64,000 nucleotides of DNA from Chitinivibrionales bacterium (GTDB lineage Bacteria > Fibrobacterota > Chitinivibrionia > Chitinivibrionales > WJKA01), in contig JBBRUX010000001.1 in assembly GCA_038247415.1 (NCBI GenBank), positions 32,001 through 96,000 of the forward strand, in the 5' to 3' direction. Below are positions 20,643-30,637 of the stretch, in pieces. The number at the start of each line of letters is the position of its first letter. The stretch's first letter is position 1. A model generated the notes under the pieces. That model saw only the letters and a list, made by a program, of their open reading frames with translations. It had not been told where the DNA came from and ran no database searches. The translations under genes and the position numbers were made by a program.

Positions 20643-22226
20643 TTAGTTTTTACCTTTTGATCCCGATTTAGCCGGAGCCACTCCAACCGGGATTTCACGT
20701 AACCACTCACGGATAATGGATGCTATATTGATAGGTTCTTCTCGCGTCAACATTTCGACACGCTCAAGAATCTCGGAGCTTCTGCGCAACTCTTCGGGAA
20801 CTTCTACCGGCACATCTTCGGGCATACCCAGCAACTCAACACGGGGAACCGGTGGATTAAGAGCATCGGCAATGGTTTTTGCAACGCTGCGTAAAAACAG
20901 AATGAGCAAAATTGCAAGAATGAAAAGTGCGGCATATTTTGCAACAGTCAACTTGAATTCCATATCGTCCTGACTTTTCATCTCTTCGCGCTGATCTCGC
21001 ACAAATTCATTGTCAAAATGCAAGTTAGTCACGGCAATCTGGTCGCCTCGCGCAACATCGTATCCTACTGCATTTTTAACAATATTTTCGATTGCACCAA
21101 TATCATCGGTTGTTCGTGCAACATAGACAGGTTTGCCATCCTTGCCTTTTTCGTATTTTCCATCAACAACAACCGATACCGTCATCCGCTTGATATTGCC
21201 AATTTCCCCAATCACATGCTCTACGGTTTTGTTAATTTCGTAATTGGTGAGCGATTTTTCTTTCTGTTGATCGCCATCGGGTGCATTTTTAACATTTTCA
21301 TCGGTTCGTTCTTCCGATCGGACAACTTTACTTTCGGGATCAAATTGCTCTAACGTTCTTTCGACCCGATCAAAATCCATATCAAGTGATACTTTAAGAT
21401 TTGATTTACCAGGCCCTAGTACCCCTTCAAGCATCCCCGCTGCCTTATTTTCGAGATAGCGCTCGACATTTTGCTGCAATTCAACATTTTGGGAACTTGC
21501 CATTGAACTGGGATCGCCCGAAAAAGGGCTCGTTAAAAGTTTGCCTTCAAAGTCGACAATAGCAATATTCTCGGGCTTTAATCCTTCAACGCTCGACGAC
21601 ACAAGGAACATGATTCCGCGTACTTTATCTTTTGGAAGATCGCGCCCCGGCACGGTGCGCACAACAATCGATGCCTTAGCATCTTTTTGATTGTCGAGAA
21701 AAATGGTTGGTTCTGGAATCACAATATGCACACGAACCGATTTGACTTCGTCAAGACCTTCAATGGTACGTTGAAGCTCGCCTTCTAATGCCCGTCGCGC
21801 ATTGACTTTTTGGACAAAATCGGTCATTGCCAAATTTGTTTTATCAAAAATTTCATAGCCCACACCATGCGATTTTGGAAGTCCGTCACGTGCTAAAGAC
21901 ATACGAACTTCGTAAACCTTTTTAGCATCCACCATAATTGTGCGGCCTTCGTTTTCAATCTTGTATTTGTAACGGCCGTCATCGAGCTTTTTAATAATCT
22001 GACCAGCTTCATTAAGCTCTAGGTCGGAATAAAGCGTTTTATAGCCGGCAGGGCTTCCCGAAGATCCTGTCCCCGAAACTGCAGAATTTGCAGTCCAGAT
22101 AACCAGACTCATGAGCCCTATTGCGGTAAAGGTCACAAGTGCAACGGTAATTACTTTTTGCTGGAGAGAGAGTTTTTGCCAGATTGCCGAAAGTTGGGCT
22201 AAAAGCTGCTTAAAAAATTCTGCCAT
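20643..22226 (-). CDS. fliF: Flagellar M-ring protein FliF
   Basis: GYEIFD, RALEGEL.RTI, VEGLKPENI, SEE, NYEINK, RGDQI; two TM segments. Confidence 0.97.
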   Translation of the reverse strand: MAEFFKQLLAQLSAIWQKLSLQQKVITVALVTFTAIGLMSLVIWTANSAVSGTGSSGSPAGYKTLYSDLELNEAGQIIKKLDDGRYKYKIENEGRTIMVDAKKVYEVRMSLARDGLPKSHGVGYEIFDKTNLAMTDFVQKVNARRALEGELQRTIEGLDEVKSVRVHIVIPEPTIFLDNQKDAKASIVVRTVPGRDLPKDKVRGIMFLVSSSVEGLKPENIAIVDFEGKLLTSPFSGDPSSMASSQNVELQQNVERYLENKAAGMLEGVLGPGKSNLKVSLDMDFDRVERTLEQFDPESKVVRSEERTDENVKNAPDGDQQKEKSLTNYEINKTVEHVIGEIGNIKRMTVSVVVDGKYEKGKDGKPVYVARTTDDIGAIENIVKNAVGYDVARGDQIAVTNLHFDNEFVRDQREEMKSQDDMEFKLTVAKYAALFILAILLILFLRSVAKTIADALNPPVPRVELLGMPEDVPVEVPEELRRSSEILERVEMLTREEPINIASIIREWLREIPVGVAPAKSGSKGKN

Positions 22227-22271
22227 ACAATGTACTCCTTGTAAATCTTCTTCGTAGCATCCTGCTAACGA

Positions 22272-22574
22272 TTACAAACGAATTCTCATAACTTCCTGGT
22301 ATGCGTCCATAACCTTATTGCGCAATTCCATCATCATATTGAACGCGACATTTGCTTCTTCAACTGCAGACATAACCTGATGAACATCGGTAATTTCCCC
22401 GGCGGCCAGGTGCTTGATCGACTCGGAGGCTTTCGTCTGCATCTTATTGACATCGGTCATAAAGGTAGAAAGTGTATCCTTAAACGAGGGCCCATTCGGT
22501 TGAGCAGCACCCCCAGCAGTAGGACGAAGGCCCTCTGACGGATTTACTGGGCCAATTGATCGTAGTGCATCCAT
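22272..22574 (-). CDS. fliE: Flagellar hook-basal body protein FliE
   Basis: DVHQVM and RNKVMDAYQEVMRI. Confidence 0.97.
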   Translation of the reverse strand: MDALRSIGPVNPSEGLRPTAGGAAQPNGPSFKDTLSTFMTDVNKMQTKASESIKHLAAGEITDVHQVMSAVEEANVAFNMMMELRNKVMDAYQEVMRIRL

Positions 22575-22643
22575 AATCGTATTCCTTTGAAGTAAGCCTC
22601 TAACGCATTCAGCCGCGCTTCATAACTTTAATAGTAACATAGA

Positions 22644-22928
22644 CTAAGCATATGAATCAAACAATTTTCCAATAAGCATTCTCGACGGAGATTGTGTCGA
22701 TTGCAGAGTAGCAGGCATTGCTGCCATAGACCGTGTGCGCGACATACCATAGGTTGAAAAAGGAACTTCCGGTCGAGCTACCTGCGGTGATCGGTTAGGA
22801 ACACTAAACGTAGGTCGCGATGCGATGGGTGCAGTAGCACCGGTTGCCAACGTCTGCTGCTTGGCAGCCACCAATCGCAAGAATGCATCGAGTCTCTGTT
22901 GTCCACCTGCAATATTCGTTATACTCAT
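22644..22928 (-). CDS. Small hypothetical protein inside the flagellar operon
   Basis: Fills the flgC-fliE gap on the same strand with an AAAGGG-like RBS. Low-complexity middle; C-terminal GKLFDSYA. Confidence 0.65.
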   Translation of the reverse strand: MSITNIAGGQQRLDAFLRLVAAKQQTLATGATAPIASRPTFSVPNRSPQVARPEVPFSTYGMSRTRSMAAMPATLQSTQSPSRMLIGKLFDSYA

Positions 22929-22961
22929 GAGTTTGCCCTTTACGTAAACTTAGGATGTCGG

Positions 22962-23468
22962 TTAAATTTGAATAGCCTGCATCAACATGCTCTTGGTTGC
23001 ATTAAATGCTGTTACATTTGCCTCATACGCCCGCGTTGCAGCTATCATATCGGTCATTTCCTCAACTACATTTACATTAGGCATAGCAACATACCCTTCT
23101 GGATTGGCATCGGGATGACCTGGATCAAAAACAAGTCTTGGTGGTCTGGTATCCTCACGAATTTCGTCGACCCTTACTCCATTGCCAAAAAAACGCTCGT
23201 CACGAGGAAAAAGCAACGGCGGCATTTCGATATGATTTTTGTCGGTAACACTGCCCTGCAGTTTAACTTTTTGATTGATAATCTGAGTATCTTTTTTATC
23301 CGAATCGGCAGCCATAACAACAGATTGTCGCCGATAGGGGCCACCCTTGTCGGTTCGTGTAGTTTCGGCGTTTGCCAGATTTGACGAAATGGCAGTTTGC
23401 TTGATTCGTTGCGCACGCAACCCAGACGCACTAATCGAAAGCCCAGAAAATATTCCACTCATACTCAT
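22962..23468 (-). CDS. flgC: Flagellar basal-body rod protein FlgC
   Basis: SASGL, NLANAETT, PYRRQ, PGHPDAN..GYV.MPNVN, RAYEAN. Confidence 0.97.
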   Translation of the reverse strand: MSMSGIFSGLSISASGLRAQRIKQTAISSNLANAETTRTDKGGPYRRQSVVMAADSDKKDTQIINQKVKLQGSVTDKNHIEMPPLLFPRDERFFGNGVRVDEIREDTRPPRLVFDPGHPDANPEGYVAMPNVNVVEEMTDMIAATRAYEANVTAFNATKSMLMQAIQI

Positions 23469-23487
23469 AGGATTCTACTCCCTGTGA

Positions 23488-23916
23488 TTACTGCTGTGGC
23501 AGAGACTTTGCCTGAATTGCAGCGTTAATTTTATTAAAAACGCCTTTTTCAAATTTGACAGCATAATTAAAAATGATCTGATTCTCTGCAAGCTTTGCCA
23601 TTTCTTCATCAATATCAACATTATTGACACCGCTTGGAAGTGTTGGATCGATTGGACGATATGCAGTAGCGTTGATTTCACCGATTCTTGGTTTGCCAAG
23701 GCCCATATGACGTTCGTTTGTAGTTGCCCCTTTAAGCTTTGAACGATCCAACGCATCCGCTAGATACTTCTCGAATTTAACATCAACTCTCTGATACCCA
23801 GGAGTATTTACATTGGCAATATTATTTGCTATAACGCGAGCTCGGAGCATAGAAGCATCGAGCGTTTTATTCATTACTGCCAGATTTGTTTTAGAAAAAA
23901 GAACTTGATCGAGCAT
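23488..23916 (-). CDS. flgB: Flagellar basal-body rod protein FlgB
   Basis: IANNIANVNTPGY and NNVDIDEEM. Start set at ATG 23916 (MLDQVLF) behind a GAAAGGA RBS. Confidence 0.96.
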   Translation of the reverse strand: MLDQVLFSKTNLAVMNKTLDASMLRARVIANNIANVNTPGYQRVDVKFEKYLADALDRSKLKGATTNERHMGLGKPRIGEINATAYRPIDPTLPSGVNNVDIDEEMAKLAENQIIFNYAVKFEKGVFNKINAAIQAKSLPQQ

Positions 23917-23953
23917 ATTCGTTCCTTTCAGTTGATAACGCAGGGCTATTACA

Positions 23954-23969
23954 TGCAACTCCAATGCCA
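23954..23969 (-). promoter_or_regulatory. Sigma-54 (-24/-12) promoter of the flgB operon
   Basis: Minus strand reads TGGCAT-TGGAG-TTGCA, matching TGGCAC-N5-TTGCW spacing, about 40 nt upstream of the flgB start. Confidence 0.85.
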
Positions 23970-24233
23970 GATAATAAATACCTCGCGAGCCAAAGGATTT
24001 TTTTGGGTTATTTTTTCTCGCCACTCTCTACAATTACCTTCTTATTAAAGAGCTTCAATATTTCAACCTTGCACTTCAACCATCATTCATTCTTAATAAA
24101 TTCAAGGAGTTATGATTTTTCATGCAACAATATTTTAGATAGCTAAGAGCAGAAACGTCCTCTTTCATGTACGATACACGAAAGCACATCGAATCTAAAC
24201 CCAAGCACCTTGTATGCTTTTTTGTTTCTTATC

Positions 24234-24260
24234 TAAAGTCACTTGTTTGCTTGCCGATAA
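24234..24260 (+). promoter_or_regulatory. Sigma-28 (FliA)-type promoter consensus facing wza-wzc
   Basis: TAAA-gtcacttgtttgctt(15)-GCCGATAA, an exact match to TAAA-N15-GCCGATAA. Confidence 0.65.
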
Positions 24261-24431
24261 TGCAGCCGGCCGAAAATGCCGATGATCAGGATAAAATTGC
24301 CTATGAGTGCACACAAGCAAGCAGCCGTGCTTAGATACCGTCGTGCTCTATTGGTATTGATCTCACACTGCATCTATGATAGTATCAATATGATACAATC
24401 ACGAAACATGATATACTTTATGAGGCAACGC

Positions 24432-25325
24432 ATGAGAAAGTTCCTTTTTTTTGCAGCATTTATTAGTACTTTGGCGAGCATAAGTTTTTCGGCAATAATC
24501 AAAAGTGGCGATGTTATTGACGTTATCGTACAAGGGCATCCCGACTATTCTGGTCGATTTACACTTTCAGATGCAGGCACCATCGAATACCCTTTATTAG
24601 CCGACGAACCGCTGCTTAACATTTCCACATCCGAACTCATGAATCACCTCACCTTTAAGCTTGCTAAATATATCGACAACCCCCTTGTTACCATTAGTAT
24701 CATCGACGAGCCAGAAATAACCATTCTTTGTGTAGGACAGGTGAATAATCCCGGGACAATCAAGACAAATTTAGGAGTAACCATACAAGAAGCACTCAAG
24801 CTAGCCGGGGGCACTTCTAAAAATGCCGACCTCGAACGGATTAAGATTCTTCATAAAGGAAAAGCAGACTACGATGCAGAAATCTTTAACCTCGACAGCT
24901 TTATGATCCGAGGCGATTTCGAAAAAATGCCAATCCTTGTCGACGATGATCGGATAGTAGTATTAACAAAAAAGGAATCAACCAAAGTTAAGGTCATAGG
25001 CGATGTTGTAAAACCTGGCTTTTATGAACTTACCGAGCCCACGACCCTTTTTGAAATTATCTATTTAGCGGGCGGGCCTGCCGAAAAAGCCGATCTGACT
25101 CGTATCCGCAGAATTTACAAACACGAAGGTAAATCGGCAGAAGATGTCATTAACTTGCAGGCATTTATCGACAATGGTTCTATGGATCAAATTCCTTTTG
25201 TAGCCGAAGGGGATGTTGTGATTGTATATCCCAAATGGTTTGATTGGAAGACGCTCATGGCAGTACTTCAAAACTCGTTGCTCTTTATTGTAACCATTCA
25301 GGCTTTTAGAGGAGCATTTAAATAG
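24432..25325 (+). CDS. wza: Polysaccharide export protein (Wza-like; Poly_export plus SLBB domains)
   Basis: IKSGDVIDV, GTIEYPLL, GQVNNPG, ALKLAGG, GDVVKPG. Start set at ATG 24432 (MRKFLFF signal). Confidence 0.88.
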   Translation: MRKFLFFAAFISTLASISFSAIIKSGDVIDVIVQGHPDYSGRFTLSDAGTIEYPLLADEPLLNISTSELMNHLTFKLAKYIDNPLVTISIIDEPEITILCVGQVNNPGTIKTNLGVTIQEALKLAGGTSKNADLERIKILHKGKADYDAEIFNLDSFMIRGDFEKMPILVDDDRIVVLTKKESTKVKVIGDVVKPGFYELTEPTTLFEIIYLAGGPAEKADLTRIRRIYKHEGKSAEDVINLQAFIDNGSMDQIPFVAEGDVVIVYPKWFDWKTLMAVLQNSLLFIVTIQAFRGAFK

Positions 25326-27502
25326 TGATCGCAACCAATGCAACAAATCCACTTACGCTTCGGGGTGGAATGCAACTTAAAGATTACATCGGCGTCATTA
25401 TGCGACGGCGATGGATCATTATTATTGCACTCTTGTCGGTAGTCGCTTCAACCGTTTTTTATGTTACCCGTATCGAGGATGTATTCGAATCGTCTTCTAC
25501 TATTGTAATAGAAGAACAAACGACACTTATCGATCAAGCGATGAATTTTGGCTCAACCCAGTCACTCTCTTATTATCAAGGGATCTTAAATAGCAGAACC
25601 TACCTCGAAATGGTATTTGACAGCATTGGGATGAATGTTTTTGCTGCCACGTTTCCTAAAATTACCCGAGATGAAGCAATCTCCTATATCCAGGGATCAT
25701 TTTCTCTTAAGCCAACATCCTACACATCCTTTTACCGTTTTAATGCCCAGGCGAAAACACGCGAACTCGCCTATCTTATAGCATCAATTGGTACCGATGC
25801 TTTCAGATTACAATGCCAGGAAGTGGCTTCGGAACAAACCCGCCGAACCGTTTCTGAGATCGATAAACAATTGCAAACAATAAGAAAAAAGCTTGAGCAG
25901 GCAGAGGTTGACTTCAGATCTTATAAAGAACGTACCGGAGATGTTAGCGGAGGGACAACTCCCGAACTCAAAACCTTGCAGAGCGTGTATAGCGAAAATA
26001 TGGCTCAGCTTGGTGTAAAGGAAGCCGACCTCGACGCCGAAAACAAACAGCTTGCCCTTCTAGAACGCAAACTTACTCCGCTCGAGCAAGAACGCTCCCC
26101 CGAATATTTAAAGCTCCGTTCAAAACTCTCGGAACTCGAAAAAGAAAAGATGCGTCTCGAAAATCTAGGTATAAAGCTCACCGGTATTTCGACCATCGAT
26201 CGAGAAGTTGCAGAAATAGAAAAACAACTGCTCCAATACAAGCAGCCTGAGGGTGCCCAAACGATCGATACGCGCATTGTCAAACAGTGGCAGGAATTGC
26301 GTAAAATTGTTCTTAGTAAAGAAGGTGATTTAGAGCTTTTTAAACGAAAACTCGACTCGTATAAAAGCGCAATTGCATCTTACAAAAAAGGAAATCCAGA
26401 CCTTCTCACACAATCGCTGGAACTTCAACGGTTGGAACGTACTCGGCAAATTTATGAGACTATATACAATTTTCTTCTCAATAAAGCAGAAGAAGAACGC
26501 ATAAAAAGTTCAGCCACATCGGCCGGAATAAAAGTTGTTGACATTCCACGAATAGCAGGCTCCCCTATTCCAAAAAATCAGAATCGATTCTACCTTATAG
26601 GCATTCTCGTTGGCTTGGCACTCGGATTATTGCTTGCATTTTTTGCCGAGTACAATGATAGCACAATAAAATCCAATGAGGACGTTGAGCGCTATTTAGG
26701 GCTATCGGTACTCGGCACCATTCCGCATATTGTGCATGATAAAAAGAACGAGATGGAAATAAAACGAACCTCTTCTCGCAAACAAAAAGGAATTTCGGTG
26801 CTGGCCTATCCTAAACAGCTCCTTAATTTTGCCGGCGAAGATTCCATTATTACCGAAGCGTATCGTTCCTTGCGAACAAATCTTGCCTATATAAGCCCCG
26901 ATAAACCTTTACAGGCTGTACTACTTACGTCGGCAGGCCCATCTGAAGGAAAATCTCTTTCGATCTCTAACCTGGCACTTGCACATGCGCAAATGGGAAA
27001 AAGGACCCTTCTCATCGACACCGATTTGCGGCGCCCCATTCAGCATCATCTCTTTGGACTCAAACGCGAGCCTGGCTTTACAGAAATGTTTGTAGAAAAG
27101 CCCGACTACGCTAGTATTATTCGTCCTACGGGGCGTGAGAATCTCTGGATTATCACTGCGGGCATTTTTTCCCCAAATCCAGCAGAGCTTATTGGGTCTC
27201 AACGTATGGCAGAACACATCGCCTATTTTCGCAAGAATTTCGATATGATATTTTTTGATACCCCCCCTGCAGTTGCCGTAACCGACGCTGCGTTATTGTC
27301 AACGCATATCGATGGCATTATACTTGTTGTGAAAAGCCACCATACCGACCGGGAAGTTGCGCAGCGTGCTGTGCAAAGCCTTCGTAATGTTGGCGCAAAA
27401 CTAACCGGTGCCATACTTAATGATATCGACCTCACGCATCGCTATACCTCGTATGGCTATTACAAATATTATTATCACTATTACAAATCTAAAACTGACT
27501 AA
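25325..27502 (+). CDS. wzc: Polysaccharide co-polymerase / BY-kinase Wzc
   Basis: Two TMs with a periplasmic coiled coil, EAYRSLRTNL, Walker A GPSEGKS, DTDLRRP, DTPP, and C-terminal Tyr cluster YTSYGYYKYYYHYY. Confidence 0.96.
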   Translation: MIATNATNPLTLRGGMQLKDYIGVIMRRRWIIIIALLSVVASTVFYVTRIEDVFESSSTIVIEEQTTLIDQAMNFGSTQSLSYYQGILNSRTYLEMVFDSIGMNVFAATFPKITRDEAISYIQGSFSLKPTSYTSFYRFNAQAKTRELAYLIASIGTDAFRLQCQEVASEQTRRTVSEIDKQLQTIRKKLEQAEVDFRSYKERTGDVSGGTTPELKTLQSVYSENMAQLGVKEADLDAENKQLALLERKLTPLEQERSPEYLKLRSKLSELEKEKMRLENLGIKLTGISTIDREVAEIEKQLLQYKQPEGAQTIDTRIVKQWQELRKIVLSKEGDLELFKRKLDSYKSAIASYKKGNPDLLTQSLELQRLERTRQIYETIYNFLLNKAEEERIKSSATSAGIKVVDIPRIAGSPIPKNQNRFYLIGILVGLALGLLLAFFAEYNDSTIKSNEDVERYLGLSVLGTIPHIVHDKKNEMEIKRTSSRKQKGISVLAYPKQLLNFAGEDSIITEAYRSLRTNLAYISPDKPLQAVLLTSAGPSEGKSLSISNLALAHAQMGKRTLLIDTDLRRPIQHHLFGLKREPGFTEMFVEKPDYASIIRPTGRENLWIITAGIFSPNPAELIGSQRMAEHIAYFRKNFDMIFFDTPPAVAVTDAALLSTHIDGIILVVKSHHTDREVAQRAVQSLRNVGAKLTGAILNDIDLTHRYTSYGYYKYYYHYYKSKTD

Positions 27503-27603
27503 TAAACCTGCCAAACCGCTCAAGTTTGCTTATTTTATAGTATAGCAGCACAAAAGAGTTGATACTAAAACATTTCTGGCACCACGACTCCTAGGATCTA
27601 GGT

Positions 27604-28731
27604 ATGCTTAGAACATCCCATTTGACACAGATACTGATATTTTTTGGAATCGGGCTAATAATTTCCACAAATAGTATTGCCCAATCCCCTCGCATACAAT
27701 CAGTTAATCCGTTGAAAGGAACTGCCTACACAACAGTCACTATCACTGGAAGCGAATTTACAGGCGCTACTCAGGTGCACTTCGATACCTCACCTGCACT
27801 CTGTTTTTATGCAAGCCCCAGTGGCGCCGTGCTCTACGCCCTTGCACCGGGTACTGCAAAAAGTGGGAAAATATCAATAAGCACGCCTCGCGGATCAGCA
27901 CTATCAGCAGATTCATTTATTGTACTTTCATCGAGTAATCCTGCATCGGATTTTTTATCCCGGGACTCACTTCCTCAAACAAGCTCATCTGAAACATCGT
28001 GGTGCACCCGCTCGTGGAATCTTGGATGGGGTCCCAGAAGTCAACAATATCCAAAAATCACATTTCCCGTATCGCTTGATCCTCAAACCTTTGCTCAAAG
28101 CCGTGCATTGGCAAGTGCGCTTCATTGTGTAGGATTACCCTATCAGCATCATCATATCCCCGCTTTTGATGCACGTTTATGCACCGCGCAACCCGATTCC
28201 TTGCGTGTAGGCCCAGGGCTTGATTGCTCTAATTTTTCAGCATGGGTTTACAATTACGGATTCGGCCTGATTTTTACCTCACATATCGTTGCTCAAGCAG
28301 CTGACAGCGCCGCTGGCCCGCTCATTCAAAAAAACGCTCCTCTTCTACCGGGAGATATTCTCTTCTTCAAGGGGAATCCAACCGATACTATTATTACTCA
28401 TTGTGGCATTTTTGTTGACTCTGGGCATATTATCGACTCGCATAATACGGGAGTATACCTCAGATCATATAGCTCCACTCGGTGGCCCGGAAACAGCTTT
28501 GGCCATGCTCGTAGGCCTCTTAAACTTCTTGATAAAAGTACTAACACATCACTACCAAAGAAAAATAGTACCCAAAAACATTCCATTTCACATGCGCTTG
28601 ATTTTTATGACATGAGAGGAAGACGTGCGACTCATGCTTCCCTCCAGTATGGCATCTACATACGCACGCAACCCGATGTTTCTAATAATGGAACTCCCAG
28701 AATTATCACCTACCTCCCGAGTTCCCCATAA
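27604..28731 (+). CDS. Secreted NlpC/P60 peptidase with an N-terminal IPT/TIG domain and a short T9SS-like tail
   Basis: PRIQSVNP..G...VTITGSEFTGATQVHF (IPT/TIG); GLDCSNF, PGDILFF, HCGIF (NlpC/P60); FYDMRGR...GIYI. Confidence 0.85.
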   Translation: MLRTSHLTQILIFFGIGLIISTNSIAQSPRIQSVNPLKGTAYTTVTITGSEFTGATQVHFDTSPALCFYASPSGAVLYALAPGTAKSGKISISTPRGSALSADSFIVLSSSNPASDFLSRDSLPQTSSSETSWCTRSWNLGWGPRSQQYPKITFPVSLDPQTFAQSRALASALHCVGLPYQHHHIPAFDARLCTAQPDSLRVGPGLDCSNFSAWVYNYGFGLIFTSHIVAQAADSAAGPLIQKNAPLLPGDILFFKGNPTDTIITHCGIFVDSGHIIDSHNTGVYLRSYSSTRWPGNSFGHARRPLKLLDKSTNTSLPKKNSTQKHSISHALDFYDMRGRRATHASLQYGIYIRTQPDVSNNGTPRIITYLPSSP

Positions 28732-28765
28732 GAGTTTACTCTATGGCTTAACAGATGCATCTCAT

Positions 28766-29644
28766 TTACAGAAGAACTTGCCACACAAGCAAGCCCCACA
28801 CAAAAACCTGAAACGCATACAGAATTCGATTTACAACACCATAGCCGTGTGTTTGGGTTTGGCCACATAAGTTCCAGGCAAATAATCCTATAAAGAGTAC
28901 ATTCGTGATAGTTAACACAATGAGTATAGGTAACGATGAAATTACTCCACTAAATGCAAACATGAACGTGACAGCAGCAGTACTAAAAAACCACACAAAA
29001 ATAATAAGCTTAACGCGCTCTAGGGGAACCTGTTTCATGATTGTTGGAATACCAGCATCTTCGTATTCTTTTCCATATTTGAGAAGCAAAAGCAAAAAAT
29101 GGGGCACTTGCCATAAGAACATGAAAGCCCCCACCCATACGATGTATGCAGATATAGTTCCTGTAGCAGCTGCGCAACCAATAAGCGGTGGCAAGGCCCC
29201 GGTAACCGCCCCAATAAGCACAGCAAAAACCGAAACTCTTTTGAGGGGGGTATATACACCAACATACCAGATAAAATTTACAAGAGAAAGAATAACCGCA
29301 AGCCATGTTGTAACATAACAGAGAATGAGAATACCCAAACAACTCAGTATGGTTCCCATAAAAATTGCTTGATTAACCGTTATTACTCCCCGGGGAATTG
29401 GTCGAAGCATGGTGCGAGCCATAAGCGCATCTGTTTGTCGTTCTTGAACCTGATTGAGCGCAGAAGCTCCCCCGCTCAGAAGCGCAATTCCCACAAAAAC
29501 CGCGCAAGCATGTAAATCAACTGAGCGTTGTGTAAGATAATACCCCATAAAGGCAGAAAATGCGATTGATGCGGAAAGGATTATACGCATTAATGCAGGA
29601 AGTGCTGATAAAAAGCTAGGCCCAAATTTACTAGACACATTCAT
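28766..29644 (-). CDS. ctaB: Protoheme IX farnesyltransferase (heme o synthase)
   Basis: NQVQERQTDALMART..RP, YTPLKR, GALPPLIG, WQVPHF. Confidence 0.95.
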   Translation of the reverse strand: MNVSSKFGPSFLSALPALMRIILSASIAFSAFMGYYLTQRSVDLHACAVFVGIALLSGGASALNQVQERQTDALMARTMLRPIPRGVITVNQAIFMGTILSCLGILILCYVTTWLAVILSLVNFIWYVGVYTPLKRVSVFAVLIGAVTGALPPLIGCAAATGTISAYIVWVGAFMFLWQVPHFLLLLLKYGKEYEDAGIPTIMKQVPLERVKLIIFVWFFSTAAVTFMFAFSGVISSLPILIVLTITNVLFIGLFAWNLCGQTQTHGYGVVNRILYAFQVFVWGLLVWQVLL

Positions 29645-29702
29645 AGATCACCTACCAATCCGATTTATGTGTCTACGCACATGCAAAGCCAGGCACTCAT
29701 CG

Positions 29703-30626
29703 CTATTTTATAGTCTTCAGATATTCGCAAATGTTATGCAGATCTTCCTCGGTCATGGTGCTTTTGCTTGACGGCATCGTGTTTGGAAAACCATCAACAA
29801 TATCGGCGCCAGGATTTATAATAGATTCCCGAATATAATTGGTATCTGCCACAATAGTATGCGCTGACCCAGAACTACTTACCATTATCGATGAATTGAC
29901 CAATCCTTTAAATGTTGGCCCCATCATTGTAGCGCCATCAAATGAATGGCAGGAAACACAGCCTCGCTCATAGAGCAATGCTTGACCTGGAGGCATATTT
30001 GCAGTTGCCGAACCAGAAAAATCCATCTTTTTCCCATTCATCCAATCGGTAAATTGATCGGCAGGTACCGCAATAATCTTTGCAATCATATTTGAATGCC
30101 GTAAACCACAATATTGTGCACAAAACAAATACGAGGATCCTGGAGTATTCGCATTAAACCATACGAAGGTTTTTAACCCCGGCAAAATATCTTCTTGAAT
30201 ACGAAATGCAGGAGCATAAAACGAATGTATAACATCTGCCGAATAAAGATCGCATCGGATATTCTTTCCGAGGGGAACAATAAGATCGGTGCTTTTTTTA
30301 CCATTTCCGTATTCGAAGAGCCACGACCATTGAGAAGCATGCACTTTTACAACAAGGGAATCGGCTGGGGCAGTGCGTAAAAAGCGGAACCCCGTAAGCC
30401 CATAGGCAAACATGCTAAGCGCAATGAGTGTTGGAACCACAATCCAGACAACTTCAACCCAGGCATTCCCTTTAAGCTCTTGCGGAACAGGGTTGCGTGA
30501 TGCACGATAACGCACCAAAAAATAGAGCATTGCAAATATGATGACGAAAAAAAGCAAGCCCGAAAAGGCCAGAATATAATAAAGCGATCCGTCAACAACA
30601 GCCGTTGAGGTAGCCGAACCTTCCAT
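29703..30626 (-). CDS. coxB: Cytochrome c oxidase subunit II with a fused cytochrome c
   Basis: EVVWIVVP, QWSW, DVIHSF, CuA motif CAQYCGLRHSNM, heme motif CVSCH. Confidence 0.96.
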   Translation of the reverse strand: MEGSATSTAVVDGSLYYILAFSGLLFFVIIFAMLYFLVRYRASRNPVPQELKGNAWVEVVWIVVPTLIALSMFAYGLTGFRFLRTAPADSLVVKVHASQWSWLFEYGNGKKSTDLIVPLGKNIRCDLYSADVIHSFYAPAFRIQEDILPGLKTFVWFNANTPGSSYLFCAQYCGLRHSNMIAKIIAVPADQFTDWMNGKKMDFSGSATANMPPGQALLYERGCVSCHSFDGATMMGPTFKGLVNSSIMVSSSGSAHTIVADTNYIRESIINPGADIVDGFPNTMPSSKSTMTEEDLHNICEYLKTIK

Positions 30627-30637
30627 GCACTTCCCCC

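Noticed and set aside
23917..24431. Long N-terminal extensions of flgB and wza given by the ORF track (similarly hisF, hisH, ygbA)
   Set aside because: They overlap promoter motifs or neighbouring genes; downstream starts match family N-termini and mostly have better RBSs.
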